Source: Atopococcus sp.
Lineage (GTDB): Bacteria > Bacillota > Bacilli > Lactobacillales > Carnobacteriaceae_A
Direction: 5' to 3'
Length of the DNA: 64,000 nt
Assembly (NCBI GenBank): GCA_043424615.1
Contig: JBHWOX010000009.1
Location: 1,629-65,628 of the forward strand
The notes under the pieces were generated by a model. The model was not told the DNA's origin. It ran no database searches and was given only the letters and a program-made list of their open reading frames with translations. Below, in pieces: positions 44,338 through 54,309 of this stretch; the stretch's first letter is position 1; every line of letters starts with the position of its first letter. Both the position numbers and the translations under genes were made by a program.

Positions 44338-45708
44338 CTACTCCTCCTCTTTTTTAGCTAGCAATATATCATCGATATCATCAAAGTGACGGTGGCAGGA
44401 AGCCACAATGACATGGTCCCCCGCTTTGATCATATCTGTTCCCAGAGGGATGATTAATTCTTTATTTCTCATGATAAAGGCAATCAAGGTGTTATCTTTT
44501 AGCTGCAAGTCTTTCAGCGGAATATTAGCAGACTGACTCCCATCTTTCACTAAAAATTGCAAGACTTCTACTTCGTTATTAGCAATCCGTATCAAGCCTT
44601 CAACGCTAGAGATCTTAGTATTAGACAGCGAGCGTACGAAGCGTAAAATTTGATTGGTCATAATGTATTTAGGGGTGATGACCGTTTGCAATTCAAAGTC
44701 GCCTAAAATTTTCAATAAGCGGATATTACTCACCCGGGTGATGACCTTGGGAACATCCATAGAGAGGGCGAAAAGTGAATTCAATATATTTTCTTCATCA
44801 TATTCCGACATGGTAATGACTGAATCATAGGAAGAGATGCGTTCTTCTTGTAGAAAATCTTGGTCGGCCGTGTCCCCATGGATAACTAAGGCTTGGGGAA
44901 ACTGTTCGCTGAAATATTTGGCCTGTTGGTAATTGGATGAGATGATTTTGACGTCAATGTGGAGGTCGGATAATAAATCCACCAAGTAATATGGAATTCG
45001 CCCATCCCCAATAATCATGGCATTTTGTATGCGGTCGCTACGAAAACCCGCTTCCTTATAGAAACTATTCATGGATGGCCGAGAGCCGATAATGAAGAGA
45101 AGATCATTGGCGCGGATATCAGCTTCACCATTGGGAACTTGCACCTGGCCATCACGCATGATGGTAATCACCAGGATATCGTCATAGGTCGACCCAAAAC
45201 GTGAGAGGCGCATGCCATCCAAAACTGACCCCTCTTTTACCTGCAGTTCGACCATGACGACCTGCTCTCGGGCAAAAAATTCCACACTATTGGATTCAGG
45301 GAATTTAACGGTTTGGACGATATCACGGGCTGCCGCCCATTCAGGATTAATGAGCATGGTGATCCCTAAGTCCCGCCGCATGAATTCGGCATGGCGGGTA
45401 TATTCTGGGTTTCTGACTCTGACTATCGTAAATTTGGCGCCAATTCGCTTAGCCATGATGGCAGAGATCAAATTAATTTCATCTGACGACGTGACAGAAA
45501 TAAAAATATCGGCCTGTTCAACTCCTGCTTCCATTAAATTTTCATAGGAAGCCGTGTTGCCAGCCAAGCCGGTAATATCAATGCGACCAATGACTTTTTC
45601 TAATAATTCCTCATCTTGTTCAATTAAGACAATATCGATACCCTCGTCAGATAGATCTTCGGCAATGGTTTGGCCAACCACTCCTCCTCCAGCAATGACT
45701 ATTTTCAT
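44338..45708 (-). CDS. trkA: Trk system NAD-binding subunit TrkA (two RCK units)
   Basis: MKIVIAGGGVVGQTIAEDL and a second IIGDGRIPYYLVDLL Rossmann motif. ATG 45708 lies 6 nt after AAGGGG. Confidence 0.9.
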   Translation of the reverse strand: MKIVIAGGGVVGQTIAEDLSDEGIDIVLIEQDEELLEKVIGRIDITGLAGNTASYENLMEAGVEQADIFISVTSSDEINLISAIMAKRIGAKFTIVRVRNPEYTRHAEFMRRDLGITMLINPEWAAARDIVQTVKFPESNSVEFFAREQVVMVELQVKEGSVLDGMRLSRFGSTYDDILVITIMRDGQVQVPNGEADIRANDLLFIIGSRPSMNSFYKEAGFRSDRIQNAMIIGDGRIPYYLVDLLSDLHIDVKIISSNYQQAKYFSEQFPQALVIHGDTADQDFLQEERISSYDSVITMSEYDEENILNSLFALSMDVPKVITRVSNIRLLKILGDFELQTVITPKYIMTNQILRFVRSLSNTKISSVEGLIRIANNEVEVLQFLVKDGSQSANIPLKDLQLKDNTLIAFIMRNKELIIPLGTDMIKAGDHVIVASCHRHFDDIDDILLAKKEEE

Positions 45709-45838
45709 CTCCATCCCCTTTTCTAGCTTTTTTCTAAGGATAGTCTACCAAAAAATGATAGTAAATAGCATCCTACTTCTTTTTTATTGAAGATAAGTGT
45801 GAGAAAATAGGAGATATTAAAAAAGGGAGGAAAGTAAA

Positions 45839-46786
45839 GTGGATGTAAAACAATTTGTTGATGAATCCGTCCAGTCGATTAAAGAAACCATCGGCGACAA
45901 AAGAGCCATTTTAGCTCTGTCTGGCGGGGTGGACTCATCGGTTTGTGCAGCCTTGGTTAGCCAGGCAATCGGCTCACACTTAACTTGTGTTTTCGTTGAC
46001 CATGGTTTATTACGCCAAGGTGAAAGAGAATCCGTTGAAGAAGTGTTCAACAACGAATTCGATGTGAATTTAATCGTTGTGGATGCTAAAGAACGTTTCC
46101 TATCACAATTGGTTGACGTTGAAGATCCCGAAGAGAAAAGAAAAATTATAGGTGAAGAATTTATTCGAGTCTTCGAGGAAGAACAAGCCCGATTAGCTGA
46201 CCACGATTTCTTAGTGCAAGGAACCATCGCTCCTGACATTGAAGAAAGCGGGAAAGAAGGCTCTAAATTAGTCAAAAGTCATCACAATGTGGGAGGCCTG
46301 CCAGAAGATGTAAACTTCGAATTGGTGGAACCCTTACGAGATCTCTACAAAGCAGAGGTACGGGCAGTGGGTCGTGAATTAGGTTTACCTGACAATATGG
46401 TGGACCGCCAACCTTTCCCAGGGCCTGGTCTAGGAGTTCGCTGCTTGGGTCCCATCACCGAAGAACGTTTGGATATTTTACGCCAGGCGGACTTTATTTT
46501 ACGTGATGAAGTAGCCAAAGCGGGCTTAGCTACAGAGGTCTGGCAATATTTTGCAGCCATTCCAGACTTCAAAGTCGTTGGTAAACTTGATGATGAACGT
46601 ACTTTTTCTTATCCTATCTTTATCCGAGCGGTTATCTCTGAGGATGCCAAAGAAGCCAGCTGGTTTGGATTCAGTGAAGATTTTCTAAGAAAAGTGTCTA
46701 AACGTATCACCGATGAAGTGCCTCAGGTGGTTCGCGTGCTGTATGATATCACTGACAAACCACCCGCTACCATCGAGTACGAATAA
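45839..46786 (+). CDS. guaA: GMP synthase ATP-pyrophosphatase + dimerisation domains only (no glutamine amidotransferase domain)
   Basis: ILALSGGVDSSV (PP-loop), KRKIIGEEFIRVFEEE, KSHHNVGGLP, RQPFPGPGLGVR, and it ends ...DKPPATIEYE. This is collinear with the C-terminal ~310 aa of bacterial GuaA. GTG start after GGGAGGAAA. Confidence 0.85.
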   Translation: MDVKQFVDESVQSIKETIGDKRAILALSGGVDSSVCAALVSQAIGSHLTCVFVDHGLLRQGERESVEEVFNNEFDVNLIVVDAKERFLSQLVDVEDPEEKRKIIGEEFIRVFEEEQARLADHDFLVQGTIAPDIEESGKEGSKLVKSHHNVGGLPEDVNFELVEPLRDLYKAEVRAVGRELGLPDNMVDRQPFPGPGLGVRCLGPITEERLDILRQADFILRDEVAKAGLATEVWQYFAAIPDFKVVGKLDDERTFSYPIFIRAVISEDAKEASWFGFSEDFLRKVSKRITDEVPQVVRVLYDITDKPPATIEYE

Positions 46787-46810
46787 TTTTTTTTTAATCG
46801 AAAGCTATTT

Positions 46811-46851
46811 AAAAACCATGGTCCCATCCATCGACTGGGCCATGGTTTTTT
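46811..46851. terminator. Bidirectional terminator
   Basis: AAAAACCATGG...CCATGGTTTTT. Confidence 0.8.
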
Positions 46852-46925
46852 ATATGAAGGCCAGGAGATCATTCCATGTCCTTGGCTCTATTGTTTCACG
46901 TGAATCATTCACCAATCCCTTTGCT

Positions 46926-47357
46926 TTACTTTCCTCGCCACAAGGCCAGTAACCGTCCTGGGTCGTAGTCTCGATCGATCAAGATGCGCTGGGCCGTTGA
47001 TTCTTCCAGCAAGAGCGCTTCTAAGAGATAAGAGCTTTCCACTTCTTTTGTTTCTCTTTGCCGTCTCAATCTGTCCGCTTCATATAAGATGGACCGGCTT
47101 TCACCATCATACAGATAGGCATCTTGACGATAAGCTCCTGTATAATTGCCCTCTCCCTGATCCACGATATAATATTCCAACCATTCTTCTAAAGTCGGTA
47201 AATGTTCTTCCACAAAAGTTTGTAAGTGGCTATCCTTGCTTGAATATAAGGCCAGCCACAGATGACTGCTTTCTACTTTTCTTTTCTTCAATTCTTTACA
47301 CCAAGCGAAAGCCTCTTTCACCATGGCCTGCATATCCTGAGAAAAATGCGAATTCAT
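46926..47357 (-). CDS. Small protein with Clp N-terminal-domain-like repeats
   Basis: 143 aa with two HLWLAL / YLLEALL-type helices, reminiscent of Clp_N repeats. The assignment is weak. Confidence 0.4.
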   Translation of the reverse strand: MNSHFSQDMQAMVKEAFAWCKELKKRKVESSHLWLALYSSKDSHLQTFVEEHLPTLEEWLEYYIVDQGEGNYTGAYRQDAYLYDGESRSILYEADRLRRQRETKEVESSYLLEALLLEESTAQRILIDRDYDPGRLLALWRGK

Positions 47358-47498
47358 TTGCCGCCTCCTCTATTGCTTTAGAAACACGAATTTTTTACAC
47401 AACATTTACACTTTATTTTCATTTATTTTACATTGTTTTGATAAAATGAAGGCGTATTCATACTGTCGTTTCAGTCATTATAAAAACAGGAGGAAAAA

Positions 47499-50168
47499 AT
47501 GTCAAAATATCCTTTTAAATCGGTAAGAAACTTAACGGCTGTGGTAGCCGCCTTAGCTAGTATTGGTTTGATGTCTACAGAAACCGTTCAAGCTGAAGAA
47601 GCTACTGATATCAATGAAGCGGGAACCTTGCTTGAGCAAGCAGAAAGTCAAGTGGTTAGCCCTGAAACCATCCAAGCAGACCAAGAAAAAGAATCAACCG
47701 TCACTATTGCCCATACTAATGACGTTCATGGACGTATGCAAGAAGATGGTAAAACCATCGGAACAGCTAAAGCTTCTGTCTTTTTCGATAAAATTGATGC
47801 TGATATCGTCGTCGATGCTGGAGATGCCTTCCAAGGTTTACCATTATCTAACCACGACAGTGGGGAAACCATGAATAAAGCCATGACTGAAGCGGGTTAC
47901 CAAGCGATTGCGGTCGGGAACCACGAATTCGACTTCGGCCAAGACATCGCTTTAAAATATGGGTCAAAAGCCGTTAAAGATGCTGATCCTAATCAAATGC
48001 CAGCTCTTTCTTCCAATGCTGTTAACACAGAAACAGGGGAATTATTATTCCAACCTTCTAAAACCATTAAAACTGAAAATGGTTATCATGTGGCCATCAT
48101 TGGGGCATCTACACCAGAAACTAAAACCAAAACTCACCCTAAAAACGTAGCCAATGTTGAATTTACTGATCCTATTCCTGCTGTTATGGCTGAAATTGAC
48201 CGCTTAATTGAAGACCAAGAGATTAAAGAAGATGCCTTCATCGTTCTATCTCACTTAGGTGTTGACCCTGCGACTCCAGAAAAATGGAGAGGAAGCACCC
48301 TTGCCAAACAACTAGACGCTGAAACAAAATATGACCAATATCAAATCATTGTCATCGACGGACACTCTCATACCGTAGCACCAGCTCAGTCTTTCGGTAA
48401 CGTCCTTTACCAACAAACAGGAACCGCTTTGAATAATATCGGTGTCATCACCTTCGACCCTAGCCAACCTGGCCAAGCTCACGGACGCTTATACGACAAA
48501 GCTGCTGTCGACGCTATCGTTGGTAATGAAGTAGATGAAGAAGTTGCTAAAATTATTGAACAAGCGGCAGCCACTTATAAAGAAGAAACCAGCCGTGTGA
48601 TTATTGAAAGCAACCCTGTTTGGTTAAATGGTGTCCGCGAATATGTTCGTTCTCAAGAATCTAACCTAGGAAACTTAATCACTGATGCTATGGTAAGTTA
48701 CGGACGAGATGGAGGATTCAACAATCCGACATCATTCGCTATGATTAATGGTGGAGGAATCCGCGAGCCTATTGCCAAAGATGAAGCTATTACTGAGGGA
48801 GATGTTATCGCTGTCTTGCCATTTGGTAACATCATTTCTCAAATCACAGTCACCGGCGAACAAATCTATGACATGTTTGAACATGCCTACCGTGCTCCAA
48901 TAGCTGAAGAAGCTTACACCAGTTCAAATGGCCAACACACTGTTCCAGCGATTGATGAAGAAAGTGGTCTGCCAAACTTAACTGCAAATGGTGGCTTCTT
49001 ACAAATTTCATCTGATGTGAAAGTCTACTTCAATCCAACAGCTGAAGAGGGCAAACGTGTTCACGCTGTCTACCTTCAAAACCCTGAAACGAAAGAATTT
49101 GAATTAGTAGCTAAGGATGATTCAAAAGAATACTACATGGCAACGAACGATTTCTTAGCTCAAGGTGGGGACGGATACGACATGTTATCTGGTGCTCGTG
49201 AAGAAGGTCCATCTTTAGACCAAGTGGTCATGGATATGATGGAAAAAGGCGGTAAAGATTACTTACTACAATATGAAAATCCATTACCAACTGAGCGTAT
49301 CTTCGCTATGACAGCTGAAGACTACAATAAATTAGTTGATAAAGAGGATCAAGATGATTCTGCTGAAAACGCTGGCAAAGATGATTCTGCTAAAGACACC
49401 GACAAAGATGATGACGACTTGTTCTCAGTTAAACTTCCTCAAGTGATTACTGACGCCCTTAATAAAGACCAAATCGCATCGGCTTATGTTGAAGACCTTG
49501 GTGCAGCCTTCGTATTCGGTGAAGACATTGAAAAAGTTAAAAGCTTAGATATTACTAAATACGATGGAACAGAAGTCGAAGATAAAATTGAAAAATTATT
49601 ATTCAAAGATGGGGACATCGACCTTTACCAAATCAAATTAACTGACAAAGACGGCAAAGAAGTGACCACTAAAAACGGTACTGTTGTTCGCCTCTTCGTC
49701 ACTCCTGGTAAAAAAGTGAAAGATATTGTTCACCTCGGCAACCGTCTTGAAATTAGCGAGTCTTTAGACTTTGAAGCCGATGACAAAACAGTGGAATTCT
49801 ACACACCAAACTTAAGCTATTTTGCTGTTGTTTACGAATATGGTAAAGAGGCCGTTGGCGTCGCTGATGCTCAATCTTACATCAAAGAATTAAAAGACTT
49901 AGGCTTTGACTTAGATGAAAAAGCTGTCTTAGGACGCATCCAAGAAGCTCAAGCAGGTCAAAATGCTCAAATCGAAAAAGTTGCTAATAAAAATGAAACA
50001 GCAGCTGTTAAAGAAGAAAAAGCTGAACAAGCTGACGCTTCTGAATCTGCTAGCGAAGAAAGTCTCCCTCAAACTGGAGCAACGGCCCTATCAGCCTTAG
50101 CCGCTTCTGCTATTTTAAGTGGTTTAGGTTGTGCCTTAGTTGGTTCAGCTAGAAAAGAAGACAACTAA
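47499..50168 (+). CDS. LPXTG-anchored bifunctional metallophosphatase / 5'-nucleotidase
   Basis: Signal peptide, then HTNDVHGRM, DAGDAFQG, GNHEFDFG, GHSH (calcineurin-like) plus a 5'-nucleotidase C-terminal domain. An extra module follows, then LPQTG + hydrophobic + RKEDN. Confidence 0.9.
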   Translation: MSKYPFKSVRNLTAVVAALASIGLMSTETVQAEEATDINEAGTLLEQAESQVVSPETIQADQEKESTVTIAHTNDVHGRMQEDGKTIGTAKASVFFDKIDADIVVDAGDAFQGLPLSNHDSGETMNKAMTEAGYQAIAVGNHEFDFGQDIALKYGSKAVKDADPNQMPALSSNAVNTETGELLFQPSKTIKTENGYHVAIIGASTPETKTKTHPKNVANVEFTDPIPAVMAEIDRLIEDQEIKEDAFIVLSHLGVDPATPEKWRGSTLAKQLDAETKYDQYQIIVIDGHSHTVAPAQSFGNVLYQQTGTALNNIGVITFDPSQPGQAHGRLYDKAAVDAIVGNEVDEEVAKIIEQAAATYKEETSRVIIESNPVWLNGVREYVRSQESNLGNLITDAMVSYGRDGGFNNPTSFAMINGGGIREPIAKDEAITEGDVIAVLPFGNIISQITVTGEQIYDMFEHAYRAPIAEEAYTSSNGQHTVPAIDEESGLPNLTANGGFLQISSDVKVYFNPTAEEGKRVHAVYLQNPETKEFELVAKDDSKEYYMATNDFLAQGGDGYDMLSGAREEGPSLDQVVMDMMEKGGKDYLLQYENPLPTERIFAMTAEDYNKLVDKEDQDDSAENAGKDDSAKDTDKDDDDLFSVKLPQVITDALNKDQIASAYVEDLGAAFVFGEDIEKVKSLDITKYDGTEVEDKIEKLLFKDGDIDLYQIKLTDKDGKEVTTKNGTVVRLFVTPGKKVKDIVHLGNRLEISESLDFEADDKTVEFYTPNLSYFAVVYEYGKEAVGVADAQSYIKELKDLGFDLDEKAVLGRIQEAQAGQNAQIEKVANKNETAAVKEEKAEQADASESASEESLPQTGATALSALAASAILSGLGCALVGSARKEDN

Positions 50169-50200
50169 GACCGTGATCGTGTTTTAGACTTTCATTTCCT

Positions 50201-50238
50201 ATCTCCAATCGCTCGTCCTGAGCGGTTGGAGATTTTTT
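50201..50238 (+). terminator. Rho-independent terminator
   Basis: ATCTCCAATCGCTC-GTCCT-GAGCGGTTGGAGAT, then TTTTT. Confidence 0.85.
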
Positions 50239-50325
50239 AATTTTTCATAAAATCAACCTAATTTTTCACCTTTAAGCCAGCTTTTGATTTATAATGAGAA
50301 GGACTAAGCTTTAAGGAGGCCCATC

Positions 50326-51057
50326 ATGTCACAAAAAATTACACGCTGGCTGGGAATCGCTTTAATTGTGATTGGGATTGCTTTATTAATCTATCACTTT
50401 ATTCCTAGCTATGTGGTTAGCCAAAACGCCAAAGAAAATGAAACGACCATGCAGGAGATTTCTGCTGAAGACATTGAAAACAACCAACAAACTACGGGGG
50501 AAATTGACTTTGGTGCGGTTGATAATTTATCAGCAGATATGGCCTTTGAAGATGGAAACGCTGCTCCTCCTGAATGGATTATCGGCCAATTAGTCATTCC
50601 AGCAGTTGAAATGAATTTACCCGTCTATAAAACTTTAAATAACCAAACCCTGATGTCCGGAGCTGCCATCATGCGGTCTGATGTAGAGATGGGCAAAGGA
50701 AACTTTCCTATTGCCGGCCACTATACCCATACCAATGCCAACTTATTTGGCCCCTTGCGTGATCTAGAAGAGGGAGATGTGATCCGCATGACCGATAAGA
50801 AAAAAATATACGAATATGAAGCGGTCAAACGCGAAGTCGTCCCTCCAACAGCCCTAGAAATGATTGAAGATGAGCAAACTAAAAATTATGGGGGTCAGCC
50901 CATCATTTCACTCATGCAATGCTATTACGTTAACTTCCAAAACACTGGCGATCGTGAATTCTTCATCGGTAAATTAAGAAATATCTACGATTACGATGAA
51001 CGCCTGATTTTTGTCGATGAATTTTATGATGAACTCCCAACTAAAGCAGCCGAATAA
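50326..51057 (+). CDS. srtA: Class A-like sortase
   Basis: N-terminal TM anchor, PIAGHYT (catalytic His), SLMQCYY (catalytic Cys; a variant of TLxTC), and a downstream Arg (GDREFFIGKLR). Confidence 0.8.
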   Translation: MSQKITRWLGIALIVIGIALLIYHFIPSYVVSQNAKENETTMQEISAEDIENNQQTTGEIDFGAVDNLSADMAFEDGNAAPPEWIIGQLVIPAVEMNLPVYKTLNNQTLMSGAAIMRSDVEMGKGNFPIAGHYTHTNANLFGPLRDLEEGDVIRMTDKKKIYEYEAVKREVVPPTALEMIEDEQTKNYGGQPIISLMQCYYVNFQNTGDREFFIGKLRNIYDYDERLIFVDEFYDELPTKAAE

Positions 51058-51067
51058 AATAAACCTA

Positions 51068-51106
51068 AAACAGCCTGCCACATCCTTTGTGACAGGCTGT
51101 TTATTT
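51068..51106. terminator. Bidirectional terminator
   Basis: AAACAGCCTG...CAGGCTGTTT. Confidence 0.8.
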
Positions 51107-51118
51107 GCCCTTTATCCT

Positions 51119-51727
51119 TTAGTGAAGTTCAATTTCATACTGGAGGGGAAGCTGGTCAGCGCTGATGTAAAAATCTTCTTCGGAAATAGGAGCCAGCTGG
51201 TTAAAGTCTTGAAAATCAGGATAGTCTTGGCTGATGGTTTGAGCCCAGTCATCCAACTCCCAGTCATTGGTCAGCCTGCCCCGATTAAAACGACCGGTTT
51301 CAATATATATCAAGTGAGAAGTTCCAGCTAGTCGGCCATAAAGACCCTGATTAGCATAAGCCAATAAGTGAATATCTTCAATTTCTTGGCCTTGAGGGGT
51401 ACGGACGGTGAACTGATCTTGCAAGCTTAAATCTTGAGGGTCGAAAACTTGAATAGTCGACCCGCCCTCTGTCCCGTAAAAGACATGGCGGTCATCATCA
51501 TAGATAAGCCCTGCTGCATTCAAGTCTTTGCTAGCTACAGCTGGATGGGCAGAATAAAAGCTAGAAGGCTGGTAGGGCATGGACTGGATGATGTCGTAGC
51601 TGCCTTTTTCTTGCTGATGGGTCCAAAATAAAAAAACAGCCGCTAAAACACCCAAACTGAGTTGAAAGGCAGTGATCCGCCGGTACCATTTGATATTTTC
51701 TTTAGAAAATAGTTTTTCCCGGTTCAT
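51119..51727 (-). CDS. Membrane-anchored hypothetical protein
   Basis: 202 aa. ATG after GAGGAGGAAAG. One N-terminal TM (ITAFQLSLGVLAAVFLFW). I recognise no family. Confidence 0.45.
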   Translation of the reverse strand: MNREKLFSKENIKWYRRITAFQLSLGVLAAVFLFWTHQQEKGSYDIIQSMPYQPSSFYSAHPAVASKDLNAAGLIYDDDRHVFYGTEGGSTIQVFDPQDLSLQDQFTVRTPQGQEIEDIHLLAYANQGLYGRLAGTSHLIYIETGRFNRGRLTNDWELDDWAQTISQDYPDFQDFNQLAPISEEDFYISADQLPLQYEIELH

Positions 51728-51829
51728 CTTCTTTCCTCCTCTACTTTTGCTTTATTATACAAAAAATCCCTTGCCAGTTCTTGGAAGGGATTCGAAGAGA
51801 AGATGAAAGCATCTCCCCTCAATATTTAT

Positions 51830-52429
51830 TTAAGCATGCAGAAATTCCTTAGCAGCTGCTAACACATCACGGCTGATAGCGTGAGTCTGAGTCCAATGCT
51901 CAGTCAGCTCAGCTCCTCGCTCTTCAAAAAGACGAATGACATTTTCACTATCTAAGAGTGAACTGATGGGATCTTCCTTGCCCATGGATAAAAAGACCTT
52001 CATATCAGATAAATCAGGACCCGCATCCACTTCGACTGGATACATTGGAGCCATTAATATCGCCCGTTTGAATGGCGCTTCCGGACGCAAAATCATATTG
52101 ATGGCGATATTTGATCCGTTGGAAAAGCCAACAGGAATGACCTTATCCATGGCTAAATTTTCTTTTTCAGCCAGCTCTTCGACGAAAGCATAGAGTTTTT
52201 TCCCACGCTGATTGAGATCGTCAACATCATAGTCGCCGTGGCTATGGCGCTTAAAAAAGCGGTTAGCGCCATTTTCACTCACATCACCGCGAACAGTAAT
52301 GACATTGTAGGATTCATCCAAGATTTTAGCCACTTGCAGTAGGTCTTCTTCCGTTCCTCCTGTTCCATGAAGGAGCAAGAAGGTAGGGTGATCTTTATTA
52401 ACTTCATGATAAATATAGTGATAGCTCAT
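51830..52429 (-). CDS. Phospholipase/carboxylesterase-family alpha/beta hydrolase (MhqD-like), copy 1
   Basis: FLLLHGTGGTEEDLL and the nucleophile elbow GFSNGSN. Confidence 0.75.
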   Translation of the reverse strand: MSYHYIYHEVNKDHPTFLLLHGTGGTEEDLLQVAKILDESYNVITVRGDVSENGANRFFKRHSHGDYDVDDLNQRGKKLYAFVEELAEKENLAMDKVIPVGFSNGSNIAINMILRPEAPFKRAILMAPMYPVEVDAGPDLSDMKVFLSMGKEDPISSLLDSENVIRLFEERGAELTEHWTQTHAISRDVLAAAKEFLHA

Positions 52430-52430
52430 C

Positions 52431-53339
52431 TTATTCCTCCTTTAGCTGAATAGGGGGTAAATTCTTTTCAATATCCTCTCGCATGCCTTCATATTGAGCG
52501 GGCAATTGCAAAGCTTTCCCCAACTCATCTAATGCTTCATCGACGGTAAAACCAGGGCCTTGGGTTGCTATTTCAAAGACAATCTTACCAACTTCACGGT
52601 AATAGAGAGAATGGAAATATTTGCGGTCTTTGTAGCCAGAATGTCGACCTTCTCTTTTATTTAATGCGTCTTCCATCTGTCTTAAGGTCTCATCATCTTC
52701 AACCGCCCAAGCCACATGATGAACGGTCCCAATCCCCAAACGCCTGATAGGCAAAGGATCCGTTGGAATAAGAATCCGGTGTCTTTTTTCTCCCGCTGTT
52801 TCATAGTGTAAGTGCCCTTCTTCTTCATATAAAAAGCTCAACCCTAAAAAGTCTTCTAAATCCTGACCGCTATCTTGGGGATATTTTGACAGTAAAACCG
52901 TCCCGTGAAAACCGTCAATGGTCGGTTGATCCTTGGCCTCTTTACCTTCCACTAGGGCTAAGGCTAGGCCATGGGTATCGGTGAATTCCAATGTGTCTTG
53001 GCCAAAGAGCTGGGTCAGTTGGTAGTCCACCCCATGTTGAGTCAAGCGATCCTGCCAATAGGAGAGGCTATCTAAAGGGATACGAAAAGCGATTCGTCCG
53101 ACTTGACCACTGCCCACCACGCCTTCCTTAGCATCCGCTTGGGGCCAGTTAAAGAAGGTCATGGTTCCTTCTGGCTGCCCATCTTGGCGGGCAAAATAAA
53201 GGTGGTAGGTATGGGGATCATCGAAATTGACGGTTTGTTTCACTAGCCTTAAACCCAGGACTTGGCTATAAAAATCGTAAGTTTCTTGGGGATCCCCCAC
53301 AATAGCTGATAGATGGTGAATATCTTGAATGATGGTCAT
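52431..53339 (-). CDS. VOC/glyoxalase-family ring-cleaving dioxygenase (MhqA/E/O-like), copy 1
   Basis: Two VOC repeats (HHLSAIVGD..., GTVHHVAWAV). It starts 1 nt after... its stop lies 1 nt before the start of the downstream esterase gene. Confidence 0.8.
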   Translation of the reverse strand: MTIIQDIHHLSAIVGDPQETYDFYSQVLGLRLVKQTVNFDDPHTYHLYFARQDGQPEGTMTFFNWPQADAKEGVVGSGQVGRIAFRIPLDSLSYWQDRLTQHGVDYQLTQLFGQDTLEFTDTHGLALALVEGKEAKDQPTIDGFHGTVLLSKYPQDSGQDLEDFLGLSFLYEEEGHLHYETAGEKRHRILIPTDPLPIRRLGIGTVHHVAWAVEDDETLRQMEDALNKREGRHSGYKDRKYFHSLYYREVGKIVFEIATQGPGFTVDEALDELGKALQLPAQYEGMREDIEKNLPPIQLKEE

Positions 53340-53352
53340 GACTTATTCCTCC

Positions 53353-54309
53353 TTATGAACGGCGGGTGTCAAAGGGTTTGATGGCAGCTTCAATCTCTTG
53401 GCGGTCAGCTTCGAGAAAATCAGGTAAGGATAAGGATTCTCCCAAAGTTTCATAAGGCTCATCTTCCATAAACCCTGGCCCGTCCGTGGATAGCTCAATT
53501 AAAATATGGCCAAGGCGAGCATAGAGAGCCTTAAAGTAATAGCGTTCAACCAGGCCGGAATTCATCAAGCCTCTTTCAGTATAGAGATCGAGCCAATCTT
53601 CTAAGTCTTCAACATCCTTAACTCTAAAAGCAACATGATGAACTTCCCCATCACCTGGACGGGCTTGGGGGAATTCGGTATCTCGGCGAAGAATCATCGC
53701 CCCTCCATTGCCTCCTTCTCCAATCTCTAAAAAGGCTGCATCAGCTGTTTGCTGGCCGATTCTAAAACCATAAAGGCCGGTCATCACAGATAAGAAGTCC
53801 TCATAATAAGAAACCGTAATTTCAATGGGTCCTAAGCCGTAAATGGCTTGGTCTTCACTGACAGGTCCCTCTTTCCAAGGCTGACCCGGCCGGACTCCTT
53901 CATCCTCTTCATCCGAAAAGAGACGGTAAGCTTGCCCATCAGCTTCTTGGAAATTGAGAACCTTTCGACCAAATAATTCTTCAATTTCCCCATGCTCCAC
54001 ACCGAACTCATCCAAACGATCGCGGTAATAAAGGAGAGCCGCATCATCTGGCACTCGCAAGCCAATCCGCGAAATGGAGTTAGTGCCTGCTTGGCCTTGG
54101 ATGGTTTGTGGGAAATCAAAATAAGTGGCATCCGTTCCGGGCGTGCCGACATCATCAGCGAAAAAAGTATGGTAAGTATGGATATCGTCTTGGTTGATTG
54201 TTTTTTTCACCAAACGCATCCCTAAAATTTCAGTCATAAAGTGGTAATTCCGCTCAATATCATCCGTCATGGAAGTGACATGGTGAATCCCTAATAATGG
54301 TCTAGTCAT
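53353..54309 (-). CDS. VOC/glyoxalase-family ring-cleaving dioxygenase, copy 2
   Basis: LLGIHHVTSMTDD..., GEVHHVAFRV. The preferred start is ATG 54309 (MTRPLLGIHH...), which overlaps the upstream stop by 8 nt. Confidence 0.8.
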   Translation of the reverse strand: MTRPLLGIHHVTSMTDDIERNYHFMTEILGMRLVKKTINQDDIHTYHTFFADDVGTPGTDATYFDFPQTIQGQAGTNSISRIGLRVPDDAALLYYRDRLDEFGVEHGEIEELFGRKVLNFQEADGQAYRLFSDEEDEGVRPGQPWKEGPVSEDQAIYGLGPIEITVSYYEDFLSVMTGLYGFRIGQQTADAAFLEIGEGGNGGAMILRRDTEFPQARPGDGEVHHVAFRVKDVEDLEDWLDLYTERGLMNSGLVERYYFKALYARLGHILIELSTDGPGFMEDEPYETLGESLSLPDFLEADRQEIEAAIKPFDTRRS

